A stretch of DNA of 64,000 nt from Candidatus Lachnoclostridium stercoravium (GTDB lineage Bacteria > Bacillota > Clostridia > Lachnospirales > Lachnospiraceae). The stretch lies in assembly GCA_019118365.1 (NCBI GenBank), contig DWZA01000109.1, forward strand, positions 54,110-118,109, given 5' to 3'. Shown here one piece after another: positions 19,219-27,745 of the stretch; the stretch's first letter is position 1, and the number at the start of each line of letters is the position of its first letter. Made by a program: the position numbers and the translations under genes. The notes below the pieces were generated by a model, which was not told where the DNA came from, did not search any database, and saw only the letters and a list, made by a program, of their open reading frames with translations.

Positions 19219-20192
19219 TCTTTTCCTCCTTCCAGCTGTTTCAGATATCCCGCTGCGGCTGCGTAAAATCCTGCTGCAGGGATGATGCCCAGTTCTGTGA
19301 TAAATCCCGTGATATACTCCGCCGGTATGGGAAGAAGTTCCGGGCAGCTGAAATCGATCTTTTCCATTTCCTCCTCCGTCAGTCCCACAGAAGCAAATCT
19401 GCTTTTCAGATCGTTTACCACTGCTTCCCGATGATACCCATACAGGCCCCTGCCGTCGATCTTCATCATCGGCGTCAGCACGTAAAATGGCACTCCAAGC
19501 GTTTTGCATACAAGCGCCGCCATCTCTGATCCTGTCGTATTATATGCCGTTCCATCCGGCAGCGCGGTTTCCGCGCCGCAGAACGCTCCGTCGCACTGAC
19601 GCAGATAGTACATCATCGCCGCGTCAGGAATAAAATGGGTCCGGATCCCTTTCGCGGCCGTCGTCCTGGCAAAAGCCGCACCTCCGTTTATGCTCCGGCT
19701 CTCTGGAATAAAAACTTCGATATCCGCGCCTTCTTTCGCTTCCAGAAAAGCATTGACTGTGCTGGAATAGTCGAAGACCAGGATCTTTTTCATGTTCTTT
19801 GAAAACCTCGCAGCGTATTCTACGATCTTTTCCAGATTTTCTCTTGTCTTTTCTCTGTAAGCAGAAACAGCATTATTAATTGCTTTTTCCGCCTGATCCA
19901 TTTCCATCGTTTCCAGGCCGGACATTCCAGCCAGCATCTCGTGGATACCATTTGTTACAGCGCAGCTGGCTTTTCCTCTTGTTTCAATAAAAAATGCCGC
20001 CAGCGCTCCGATCTCTTCCTTCAGCGTTTTAACGTCTGCGCTCCTTTTCTTCCCTTCCTCCGCCAGATCCAGGAACATATCTCCGATCATACGGATATGT
20101 GTGGAAGCTCCTAAAACCCTCTGGCTTACAATATCGTCAAACATCTTTTTTCCATTTTCTGATAATGATCCTCTGATTTTTTCCATACGCAC
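19215..20192 (-). CDS. eIF-2B alpha/beta/delta (IF-2B) family protein, sugar-phosphate isomerase-like
   Basis: FDYSSTV, PESRS, FIPDAAM, GAE, NTTGS, IPAEYITGFITELG. Confidence 0.82.
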   Translation of the reverse strand: MRMEKIRGSLSENGKKMFDDIVSQRVLGASTHIRMIGDMFLDLAEEGKKRSADVKTLKEEIGALAAFFIETRGKASCAVTNGIHEMLAGMSGLETMEMDQAEKAINNAVSAYREKTRENLEKIVEYAARFSKNMKKILVFDYSSTVNAFLEAKEGADIEVFIPESRSINGGAAFARTTAAKGIRTHFIPDAAMMYYLRQCDGAFCGAETALPDGTAYNTTGSEMAALVCKTLGVPFYVLTPMMKIDGRGLYGYHREAVVNDLKSRFASVGLTEEEMEKIDFSCPELLPIPAEYITGFITELGIIPAAGFYAAAAGYLKQLEGGKE

Positions 20193-21185
20193 TTACCCTT
20201 GCTCCTGAAACTTTCCCTTAAGGAAAGCCTCTATTTCTTTAATATCTGTCTGTCCCGTTCTCGCTCCTTCCTTCTGGATCACAAAAGAGGCCGCCGCCGC
20301 TCCGTATTCCGCCGCCCATCTTGCGGTCATCCCCTTTGCCATACATGCCAGAAATGTTCCATTAAAACTGTCGCCCGCCCCTGTGGTATCCCGGATCTCA
20401 TCCGGATGGAACGCCTCGTAATGAAAAGAATCTCCTCTTTGATACACACAGCCGCCTTTCTGCGCGCATGTGACTACGACCGTCTCTATCCCCAGACTCA
20501 GGAGATACCTGGCTGCTGTTTCCATGTTTTCTGTGGGAAACAGGCTGTAAATGCCTTCTTCATTTGTAAAAAGGACGGATACGCGGCTGAAGATATGCTC
20601 CCAGTTATCGATCCCCGGCTTTTCTGCATGGACCTCATAATCCAGGGAAAGTTTTGTACCGCTTCCCGCCAGTTCCTGCGCCGTACGTTCTGCCAAGGCG
20701 TGATCCATAGAACAGATGTGGACATACTCCGCCTGCCTGACGTAATCGTAATCGATCCGCCGGATATCCGGACTAGTAAGGGGAGAAACCACCGCGCTTA
20801 AGTATTTTTCTCCGCTTCCGTCAAGAAAAACAACGCAGTAAAATGTGTTCTCTTTCTCGTCTTCGTAAAGTCCTGTGATATCTATCCCTCTGTTTTTATA
20901 GTCTTCCTTCAGGAACCTGCCGTAATCGTCCTTTCCCACAGCGGTCACGATCCCGCAGGATACTCCCATCTTAACTGCCTGGGAACAGAAATTCCCGATA
21001 ATGCCTCCCGGCAGCTTTCCGATCTCCTTTGCCCGTACCTTTTCTCCCCGTCCAGGCATCCGGTCTACCTTTAAGAACAGGTCCATATCGGATTCTCCGA
21101 TCCCGATAATGCTGATCCTTTTGTTCGATTTATCTGTCAACAACGATCTCTTCCTCTCCTTCAAAAGGGATCCATGGATTTTCAT
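20193..21185 (-). CDS. PfkB family carbohydrate kinase (probable TTG start at 21140)
   Basis: PGGIIGN, VGKDDYG, DTTGAGDSFNG anion hole. Confidence 0.9.
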   Translation of the reverse strand: MKIHGSLLKERKRSLLTDKSNKRISIIGIGESDMDLFLKVDRMPGRGEKVRAKEIGKLPGGIIGNFCSQAVKMGVSCGIVTAVGKDDYGRFLKEDYKNRGIDITGLYEDEKENTFYCVVFLDGSGEKYLSAVVSPLTSPDIRRIDYDYVRQAEYVHICSMDHALAERTAQELAGSGTKLSLDYEVHAEKPGIDNWEHIFSRVSVLFTNEEGIYSLFPTENMETAARYLLSLGIETVVVTCAQKGGCVYQRGDSFHYEAFHPDEIRDTTGAGDSFNGTFLACMAKGMTARWAAEYGAAAASFVIQKEGARTGQTDIKEIEAFLKGKFQEQG

Positions 21186-21636
21186 CCTGGTCGATAAAGT
21201 CTTTTTTCTGCTCTACCATAAAATAATAGGTAGCGGTGCCTTTTACCGCAAAAGCTGGAGAATGCCAGGCGCCTCTTCCAATGATGATCACGGTCCCTGC
21301 CGGGATCCGGAAAGCTTTTACTGTCTCCGGATTTGGTTTAGCTGTAAAGGAACCGAGAAACGCCGGGATGTCCGCCAGCATGATCAGGTCTTCCTTGGCC
21401 GCCCACAGTACTTCTTCCCTGCTCACGTGGCGCTCCATGGCCGTTATCTTCTCCGGCAGTTCTTCCGAATATACGACGCCTATGCCCATGGGCGCGTCCG
21501 GGAGGACGAAATCCATAGGAGAACAGCATTTCCATCCTTCTCCTGCTTTTGTGATCGTATTTCTGTAAGGGAAAACGACCCTTCCATAAGGAGCAAAACT
21601 TTCTTTGGTAAGCTCTGTTACCGGAATATGTTTCAT
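21130..21636 (-). CDS. Ureidoglycolate lyase (AllA)-like cupin
   Basis: ELTKESFAPYG, MERH, GAWH. Confidence 0.72.
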   Translation of the reverse strand: MKHIPVTELTKESFAPYGRVVFPYRNTITKAGEGWKCCSPMDFVLPDAPMGIGVVYSEELPEKITAMERHVSREEVLWAAKEDLIMLADIPAFLGSFTAKPNPETVKAFRIPAGTVIIIGRGAWHSPAFAVKGTATYYFMVEQKKDFIDQDENPWIPFEGEEEIVVDR

Positions 21637-21835
21637 AAATATCTCCTTTCTTTTATTATCGTTTATGTTTGTTTATTCAATCATTATATGTTTATATTAA
21701 TCATTTACATCCCAATTGTCAAGGAGATATTTGTGTAATTTTTATATTTTTAAACGTTTTTTCACAATTTTTATGTTATATATTTTTTTATGTCTTTACA
21801 TTCGCTTTGCAGTTTGGTATTATAATGTCAATCAA

Positions 21836-21854
21836 AATGTTCGTTTTAAACAAT
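21836..21854. promoter_or_regulatory. Candidate DeoR/GlpR-type operator
   Basis: AATGTTCGTTTTAAACAAT is a near-palindrome resembling the GlpR half-site ATGTTCG. Further TATGTT half-sites lie in the same divergent intergenic region. Confidence 0.35.
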
Positions 21855-21868
21855 AAGGGGAGAGAATT

Positions 21869-22645
21869 ATGTTAAAAAGTGAAAGGCTTGCACAGATACA
21901 GAGCATGCTGAACCGATATGGAAAAGTAGAAGTGAATAATTTATGCCGTATGTTTCATGTTACGGAGATGACGATACGAAGGGACTTAAATGAACTTGAG
22001 CAGCAGAATCTGGCCATCCGTTCCCACGGCGGCGCCATTGCGCCGCCGGAAACCGTGATCACAGAACGGCCGTATCAGACAAGGATCACGTCACACCTGA
22101 AAGAAAAAGAGGCGATCGCCCGCCTGGCCCTGCCTCTGATCCCCTCCGGCGCCAAAGTCTTCTTTGATTCCAGCACCACGGTCTACTGCCTGGCCCGGCT
22201 TCTTTCCAATGAGCAGAATCTTCTTGTGGTCACAGACACCCTGACTACCGCCCTGGAGCTAAACACCAGGACCAGCATAAGCGTCATGTGCCTGGGAGGC
22301 GAGCTGCGGAAAAATTCCAATTCCTGCACAGGAATGTTCGCGGAAAACATGCTCCACACCATGTATTTTGACTGTTCCTTCCTGGGCGTTTACGGCCTCA
22401 CAGAAGACGGCTATCTGTCCACCCCCAGCACGGTGGAATATTCCCTGAAGCGGCTGATCATCGAACGTTCCAAAAAGGTGGTGCTCATGGCAGACAGCAG
22501 CAAGATCGGAACCCCCAGTTTTCTTCAGCTGGGCCATATTTCCGAGATTAGCACCATGATCACAGATTCCGGGATCCCCCGGTCTTTTATTGAGTGCTGC
22601 CAGAAAAATAATACGGAAATACTGATCGCAGATATACCGCGATAA
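21869..22645 (+). CDS. DeoR/GlpR family transcriptional regulator
   Basis: VTEMTIRRDLNELE, RSHGGA, FFDSSTT, ADSSKIG. Confidence 0.95.
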   Translation: MLKSERLAQIQSMLNRYGKVEVNNLCRMFHVTEMTIRRDLNELEQQNLAIRSHGGAIAPPETVITERPYQTRITSHLKEKEAIARLALPLIPSGAKVFFDSSTTVYCLARLLSNEQNLLVVTDTLTTALELNTRTSISVMCLGGELRKNSNSCTGMFAENMLHTMYFDCSFLGVYGLTEDGYLSTPSTVEYSLKRLIIERSKKVVLMADSSKIGTPSFLQLGHISEISTMITDSGIPRSFIECCQKNNTEILIADIPR

Positions 22646-22670
22646 GATCACAACAAAAAGGAGATCATTT

Positions 22671-23879
22671 ATGAAATACGATTTTACTTCCATCATGAAA
22701 CGTTCCGGCATGGACGCCATTGCCGTAGACTCTCTTGGCAAAACGCCCATGGCGCCCCTGCCGCCCAAAGAGGGCTTTGACGTCATCCCCATGTGGGTGG
22801 CGGATATGAATTTTCCTACTGTACCCACGATCCCGGAAGCCATCATTGCGCGTGCAGCTCACCCGGCTTACGGCTACTTTTCTCCCAGGAAAGAGTATTA
22901 TGATTCTATCATCCAGTGGCAGAAGGACCGCAACGGCGTGATGGATCTTACTCCTGAATGCATTGGCTACGAAAACGGCGTTTTAGGCGGCGTGATCAGC
23001 GCCCTGAACGTTTTCTGTTCCAAAGGGGACAAGGTCCTTCTCCATTCTCCTACTTATATCGGCTTTACCAATACTCTGAACAACAACGGATACCGTATGG
23101 TCCTTTCTCCTCTGGTGCAGGATGAGAATCTGGTGTGGAGAATGGATTTTGACGACATGGAAAAGAAGATCAAAGAAAATAAGATCCATGCGGCGATCTT
23201 CTGTTCTCCCTACAATCCCTGCGGCCGCGTGTGGGAACGCTGGGAGATTGAAAAAGCCATGGAACTTTATAAAAAATATGACGTGATGGTGGTTTCCGAT
23301 GAGATCTGGTCCGATATTATCCTGAACGGCCATAAGCATATCCCTACCCAGAGCGTATCGGAAGATGCAAAGATGCGCACGGTAGCCCTTTACGCCCCTT
23401 CCAAGACCTTCAACCTTGCAGGCCTTGTAGGAAGCTACCACATCATTTACAATTCCTTTATCCGCGACCGGGTGAAGAAGGAATCTTCCCTGTCTCACTA
23501 TAATGATATGAACGTTCTTTCTATGCACGCCCTGATCGGAGCCTACCGGCAGGAAGGGCAGGAATGGGTGGACGAGCTGTGCCAGGTCCTCAGTGAAAAC
23601 GTGGATTACGCCTGCCAGTATATCAAAGATCATTTTGAAGGTGTAGAAGCCGCTCATCCGGAAGGAACCTATATGCTGTTTGCCGACTGCACAAAGTGGT
23701 GCCAGGCCCATGGAAAGACCATCGACGATGTGGAAAAGGCTGCCTGGGATGTGGGCGTCGCCTGCCAGGACGGACGTATGTTCCACGGCCCGTGCCACCT
23801 GCGCATCAACCTTGCCCTGCCTCTTTCCCGCGTCAAAGAGGCCTTTGAGCGCCTGGACAAATATGTATTCAACGCATAA
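22671..23879 (+). CDS. MalY/PatB family PLP-dependent cystathionine beta-lyase
   Basis: PMWVADMNF, CSPYNPCGRVW, SDEIW, SKTFNLAG, LRINLA. Confidence 0.93.
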   Translation: MKYDFTSIMKRSGMDAIAVDSLGKTPMAPLPPKEGFDVIPMWVADMNFPTVPTIPEAIIARAAHPAYGYFSPRKEYYDSIIQWQKDRNGVMDLTPECIGYENGVLGGVISALNVFCSKGDKVLLHSPTYIGFTNTLNNNGYRMVLSPLVQDENLVWRMDFDDMEKKIKENKIHAAIFCSPYNPCGRVWERWEIEKAMELYKKYDVMVVSDEIWSDIILNGHKHIPTQSVSEDAKMRTVALYAPSKTFNLAGLVGSYHIIYNSFIRDRVKKESSLSHYNDMNVLSMHALIGAYRQEGQEWVDELCQVLSENVDYACQYIKDHFEGVEAAHPEGTYMLFADCTKWCQAHGKTIDDVEKAAWDVGVACQDGRMFHGPCHLRINLALPLSRVKEAFERLDKYVFNA

Positions 23880-23933
23880 AAATCGGAGGGTATCCCGGCC
23901 CTGAAACGGCCTGAGGGATACCCTCCGATTTTT
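23878..23933. terminator. Bidirectional intrinsic terminator
   Basis: AAAAATCGGAGGGTATCCC / GGGATACCCTCCGATTTTT 19-bp arms between convergent genes. Confidence 0.9.
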
Positions 23934-23934
23934 T

Positions 23935-24780
23935 CTATCCTGCTAGCGCCGTCACTCCAAAGTAAGCCAGGACGACGATACCCAGGATGATCCGGTAATA
24001 GCCGAAAAACTTAAAATCATTATTCTTGATATATCCCACCAAAAACTTAATGGAATATACGGAAACCACAAACGCTACCGCCATGCCGAAAAGCAGGTAA
24101 AACACCTGGATCCCTGTGAAGCTGTAGCCGTTGGCCAGATAGGATACCACCTTTAAAAAGCTGGCTCCGAACATGACCGGGATCCCCAGGAAGAAGGAAA
24201 ATTCCGCGGCGGCCCCTCTGGAACAGCCTAAAAACATAGCGCCCAGGATCGTCGCTCCGGAACGGGAGGTTCCTGGTATCATAGCCAGCACCTGGAACAG
24301 GCCGATGTAAAGAGCGATCTGGAAAGAGATCTGCCCTACCCGCTCCATTTTAAATTTCCGTCCTTCGTTGTAGCGTTCCAGCACGATAAACAGCACGCCG
24401 TAAAGGATGAGCATAGCCGCCACCACATAGGCGTTGTCCATCAACACCCGGTCGATCCAGTCGTTTAAAAGAAGGCCGAATACCATAGCCGGGAGGCAGG
24501 CCACTACGATCTTCATCCAGAGACGCAGCGTCGCGATCCTCTGGTTGGAACGCTTCCTCCTGTCAAAAGGATTCAGACGCCGGAAATAAATGACCACTAC
24601 CGCCAGGATCGCCCCAAGCTGTATGACTACGTTAAACATATTTACAAACGCTTCGGACTGCTTCACCTGGATGATCTGATTGACAAGGATCAAATGGCCG
24701 GTGCTGCTGATAGGAAGCCATTCGGTAAAGCCTTCCACGATGCCCAGCACCAGGATCTTCAGTAATTCAATAATATCCAT
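23935..24780 (-). CDS. uppP: Undecaprenyl-diphosphate phosphatase
   Basis: GIVEGFTEWLPISSTGH, IQLGAI, PGTSRSG. Confidence 0.97.
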   Translation of the reverse strand: MDIIELLKILVLGIVEGFTEWLPISSTGHLILVNQIIQVKQSEAFVNMFNVVIQLGAILAVVVIYFRRLNPFDRRKRSNQRIATLRLWMKIVVACLPAMVFGLLLNDWIDRVLMDNAYVVAAMLILYGVLFIVLERYNEGRKFKMERVGQISFQIALYIGLFQVLAMIPGTSRSGATILGAMFLGCSRGAAAEFSFFLGIPVMFGASFLKVVSYLANGYSFTGIQVFYLLFGMAVAFVVSVYSIKFLVGYIKNNDFKFFGYYRIILGIVVLAYFGVTALAG

Positions 24781-24793
24781 CTTTTTCCCTCCT

Positions 24794-25474
24794 TTACCTG
24801 TTAATATTTTCTATCTGCCAGTCAATAGGAGACAGATGGTTCGCCTCCAGATAGGCGTTGGTTTTGCTGAACGGCCTGCTGCCGAAAAATCCCCGGTTCG
24901 CTGACAGGGGGCTTGGGTGAGGCGATTCCAGGATCAGATGCTTCGGGTTGGTCAGCATGCTCTTCTTGCTCCTTGCCGGCCCGCCCCACAGGATAAATAC
25001 CATCGGCCGGTCCTGTTCGTTCAGGATCTTTATGGCCGCATCCGTAAACTCTTCCCAGCCGATCCCCCGGTGAGAATTGGCCTGATGGGCGCGCACCGTA
25101 AGCACTGTATTTAAGAGCATAACGCCCTGATCCGCCCATTTTTTCAGGTAGCCGTTGTCAGGGATGTAGCAGCCCAGATCGTCGTGAAGCTCCTGGTAGA
25201 TGTTCACCAGAGACGGCGGGATATCCACGTCCGGTTTTACGGAAAAGCAAAGGCCGTGAGCCTGGCCGTAATTATGATAGGGATCCTGCCCAAGGATCAC
25301 TACTTTTACTTTTGATAAGGGGGTGAATGCAAAGGCGTTGAATATATCGTCGGGATCCGGAAAGATCCGCCTTGTCTCGTATTCATGCTTTACTGTCTCG
25401 TATAATTTTCTGTAATAAGGTTTCTTAAACTCTGCCTTTAACGGCTCAAGCCAGTCGTTGTCGATCGCTGCCAT
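24794..25474 (-). CDS. ung: Uracil-DNA glycosylase
   Basis: GQDPYH, IPPSLVNI, LLNTVLTV, HPSPLS. Confidence 0.98.
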   Translation of the reverse strand: MAAIDNDWLEPLKAEFKKPYYRKLYETVKHEYETRRIFPDPDDIFNAFAFTPLSKVKVVILGQDPYHNYGQAHGLCFSVKPDVDIPPSLVNIYQELHDDLGCYIPDNGYLKKWADQGVMLLNTVLTVRAHQANSHRGIGWEEFTDAAIKILNEQDRPMVFILWGGPARSKKSMLTNPKHLILESPHPSPLSANRGFFGSRPFSKTNAYLEANHLSPIDWQIENINR

Positions 25475-25525
25475 GTGTCTCTCCTTTTGTCGTCTTGCGC
25501 TGTCATGATCTCCTGCAGCCGGCGG

Positions 25526-26287
25526 CTACAGCCTTACCGATATGCCTCTTCCCCTCAGATATTCTTTCAGCTCGCGGATCTCCAGCTCTTTATAGTGGAA
25601 CAGGGAGGCGGCCAGAGCCGCGTCTGCCTTTCCTTCTGTCAGGGCATCGTAAAAATGCTCTTTTGTCCCCGCGCCGCCGGAAGCGATCACAGGTACGGAT
25701 ACGTTCTCTGCGATCACAGCGTTCAGTTCATTGTCGTATCCCGCTTTCGTGCCGTCGCAGTCCATGCTGGTAAGAAGGATCTCCCCAGCTCCCAGCCGGT
25801 CCGCCTTTATGGCCCACTCCACCGCGTCCAGACCAGTGTCGATCCGTCCGCCGTTTTTATATACGTTCCATCCGCCGCCGTCTTCCCGCCGCCTTGCGTC
25901 AATGGCTACCACTACGCACTGCCTGCCGAATTTGTCTGCGGCCTCGCTGATCAGCTCCGGCCTGTTGATGGCGGATGAATTGATAGAGATCTTATCCGCG
26001 CCTTCTCTTAAAAGCAGCCGGAAATCTTCTACGGTGCGGATCCCGCCTCCTACGGTAAAGGGGATGAACACCTGCTCCGCCACTCTCCTTACCATATCTA
26101 CCACTGTATTCCGGTTGTCGGAGGAAGCTGTGATATCCAGAAATACCAGTTCGTCCGCTCCCGCCTGGTCGTAAGCCCTGGCGATCTCCACCGGATCCCC
26201 GGCGTCCCTTAAGTTGACAAAATTAACGCCCTTCACTACCCTTCCGTCATGGACGTCCAGGCAGGGAATGATTCTTTTTGTAAACAT
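25526..26287 (-). CDS. hisF: Imidazole glycerol phosphate synthase cyclase subunit
   Basis: [32 protein letters not shown]. Confidence 0.98.
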   Translation of the reverse strand: MFTKRIIPCLDVHDGRVVKGVNFVNLRDAGDPVEIARAYDQAGADELVFLDITASSDNRNTVVDMVRRVAEQVFIPFTVGGGIRTVEDFRLLLREGADKISINSSAINRPELISEAADKFGRQCVVVAIDARRREDGGGWNVYKNGGRIDTGLDAVEWAIKADRLGAGEILLTSMDCDGTKAGYDNELNAVIAENVSVPVIASGGAGTKEHFYDALTEGKADAALAASLFHYKELEIRELKEYLRGRGISVRL

Positions 26288-26297
26288 CTGCTTCCTC

Positions 26298-26906
26298 CTA
26301 TGTAAGCTCTACAAAATTTTTTAGGATCCTAAGGCCTACGGCGCTGCTCTTTTCCGGGTGGAACTGGCATGCGAACACATTTCCCCGCTCCACAGCAGCG
26401 TGGATATGGGCCGTATATTCCGTCGAAGCGGCCACGATCTCCTCGTCTTCTGCTTTCAGATAATAGGAATGCACGAAATATACATAGGAGCCCTGTCCGA
26501 TCCCGGCAAACAGCCTCGTTCCTTCCCGGATATCCAGGGAATTCCAGCCCATATGAGGGATCTTATATCCCATCTGATCCGGAAGCCTTAAGATCTTTCC
26601 CGGAAGGATGGAAAGCCCCTTCACTCCCGGAGATTCCTCGCTGCTTTCAAAAAGCAGCTGAAGGCCCAGGCATATTCCCAAAAGCGGCGTGCCTTTCCTT
26701 ACGATCTCATGGATCACATCCACTAGCCCGTACTGCTCCAGCTTTCCCATGGCGTCCCCAAAGGAGCCGACGCCTGGAAGGATCACTTTATCCGCTTTTA
26801 AAAGCTCGTCTTTATCCCTGGTGATCACCGGAGTCTCCCCCAATGCTTCCAGAGCCTTTTCTACACTTCTTAAATTGCCGGCATCATAATCGATCAGTCC
26901 GATCAT
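26298..26906 (-). CDS. hisH: Imidazole glycerol phosphate synthase glutaminase subunit
   Basis: LPGVG, GICLGLQ, PHMGWN, QFHPEKS. Confidence 0.98.
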   Translation of the reverse strand: MIGLIDYDAGNLRSVEKALEALGETPVITRDKDELLKADKVILPGVGSFGDAMGKLEQYGLVDVIHEIVRKGTPLLGICLGLQLLFESSEESPGVKGLSILPGKILRLPDQMGYKIPHMGWNSLDIREGTRLFAGIGQGSYVYFVHSYYLKAEDEEIVAASTEYTAHIHAAVERGNVFACQFHPEKSSAVGLRILKNFVELT

Positions 26907-26947
26907 ACCGTCTCACCGCCTTAACCAGTTTTCTTTTCTTTGTAATC

Positions 26948-27619
26948 TTACCACAGCCTGGGCGAATCCACAATGAATTTCACCGAATCCGCCTGTATGC
27001 CCTCCGCTTTATCTTTCAGTTCTTCGGATATCTGGAAAAACGTTTTATTGACCCTGTAGAATTTCGCCTTGTTGTTAAAATAGGCCGTTTTCTCAAATGG
27101 CCACCGGATGATGCCCGGATATTCAAAGCCTGCCCCCAGCTCCAGAACTGTCAGCTTCCTGTTGAGCGTTCCGGAAAGCCACTGTTTATAGGCGTTCCAC
27201 TGGGGAAGATATCCTTCTTCAATATATTTTCCCGCCCGGACCGTGTTGGGGATCAGCGGCGCGCCGCAATGCGGACAGACGCCGTCCATCTCTTCTGCCT
27301 CTGATTCTTCCCATATATCTGCGGTACATGCTTTTTCGCACTGGAACCAGTGATCGTTGCCGCAGGGAGCCACGATCCGTTTCTCATCCAGACTGCTTTC
27401 AAAAATTTTCCCATCCGTATTCAGGGTAACGATAAAATAATCCTTTCCGTCTAACAGGCGGGCCAGCGCTTCGTAGCCTTCCTGTATATCCGGCCGTTTA
27501 TCTCCGTCCCACTCCTCCCCAAGGCCTACCAGGACCTTGTGGATAAAAAGGCTTTTTCCATTCCACTCATCCTTTAAGAGAGCATCCTCTCCGGAGTGGA
27601 CGATACATTCATTTTCCAT
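26948..27619 (-). CDS. Degenerate Sir2/sirtuin-like protein (class M-like)
   Basis: YFIVTLNTDG, QCEKAC...CPHCG zinc ribbon, LELGAGFEYPGIIRWPFE, FYRVN; the N-terminal GAGxS motif is absent. Confidence 0.7.
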   Translation of the reverse strand: MENECIVHSGEDALLKDEWNGKSLFIHKVLVGLGEEWDGDKRPDIQEGYEALARLLDGKDYFIVTLNTDGKIFESSLDEKRIVAPCGNDHWFQCEKACTADIWEESEAEEMDGVCPHCGAPLIPNTVRAGKYIEEGYLPQWNAYKQWLSGTLNRKLTVLELGAGFEYPGIIRWPFEKTAYFNNKAKFYRVNKTFFQISEELKDKAEGIQADSVKFIVDSPRLW

Positions 27620-27669
27620 AGTTTCTCCTGTCCTTTCGCCGCAGCGCTTCTTAAGCTGTCATGGCAGCA

Positions 27670-27736
27670 GTTCAGCCATGTATCTTCCCTCCAGCACAGA
27701 ATGCGCTGGAGGGAAGCCCTGGATGTCCGGCTGAAC
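27670..27736. repeat. GTTCAGCC...GGCTGAAC REP/MITE-like element
   Basis: Terminal inverted repeat plus internal CTTCCCTCCAGC / GCTGGAGGGAAG hairpin; near-identical to 50392-50449. Confidence 0.88.
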
Positions 27737-27745
27737 TGATATGAT

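Noticed and set aside
12671-19509. Long N-terminal extensions in ORF-track entries 12671..14488 and 18400..19509
   Set aside because: They overlap upstream genes on the same strand. The real starts are at 14119 and 19218.
9007-27619. Macrodomain plus sirtuin as a SirTM/Zn-Macro operon
   Set aside because: They are 17 kb apart, the macrodomain lacks the Zn-loop, and there is no GcvH-L or LplA.
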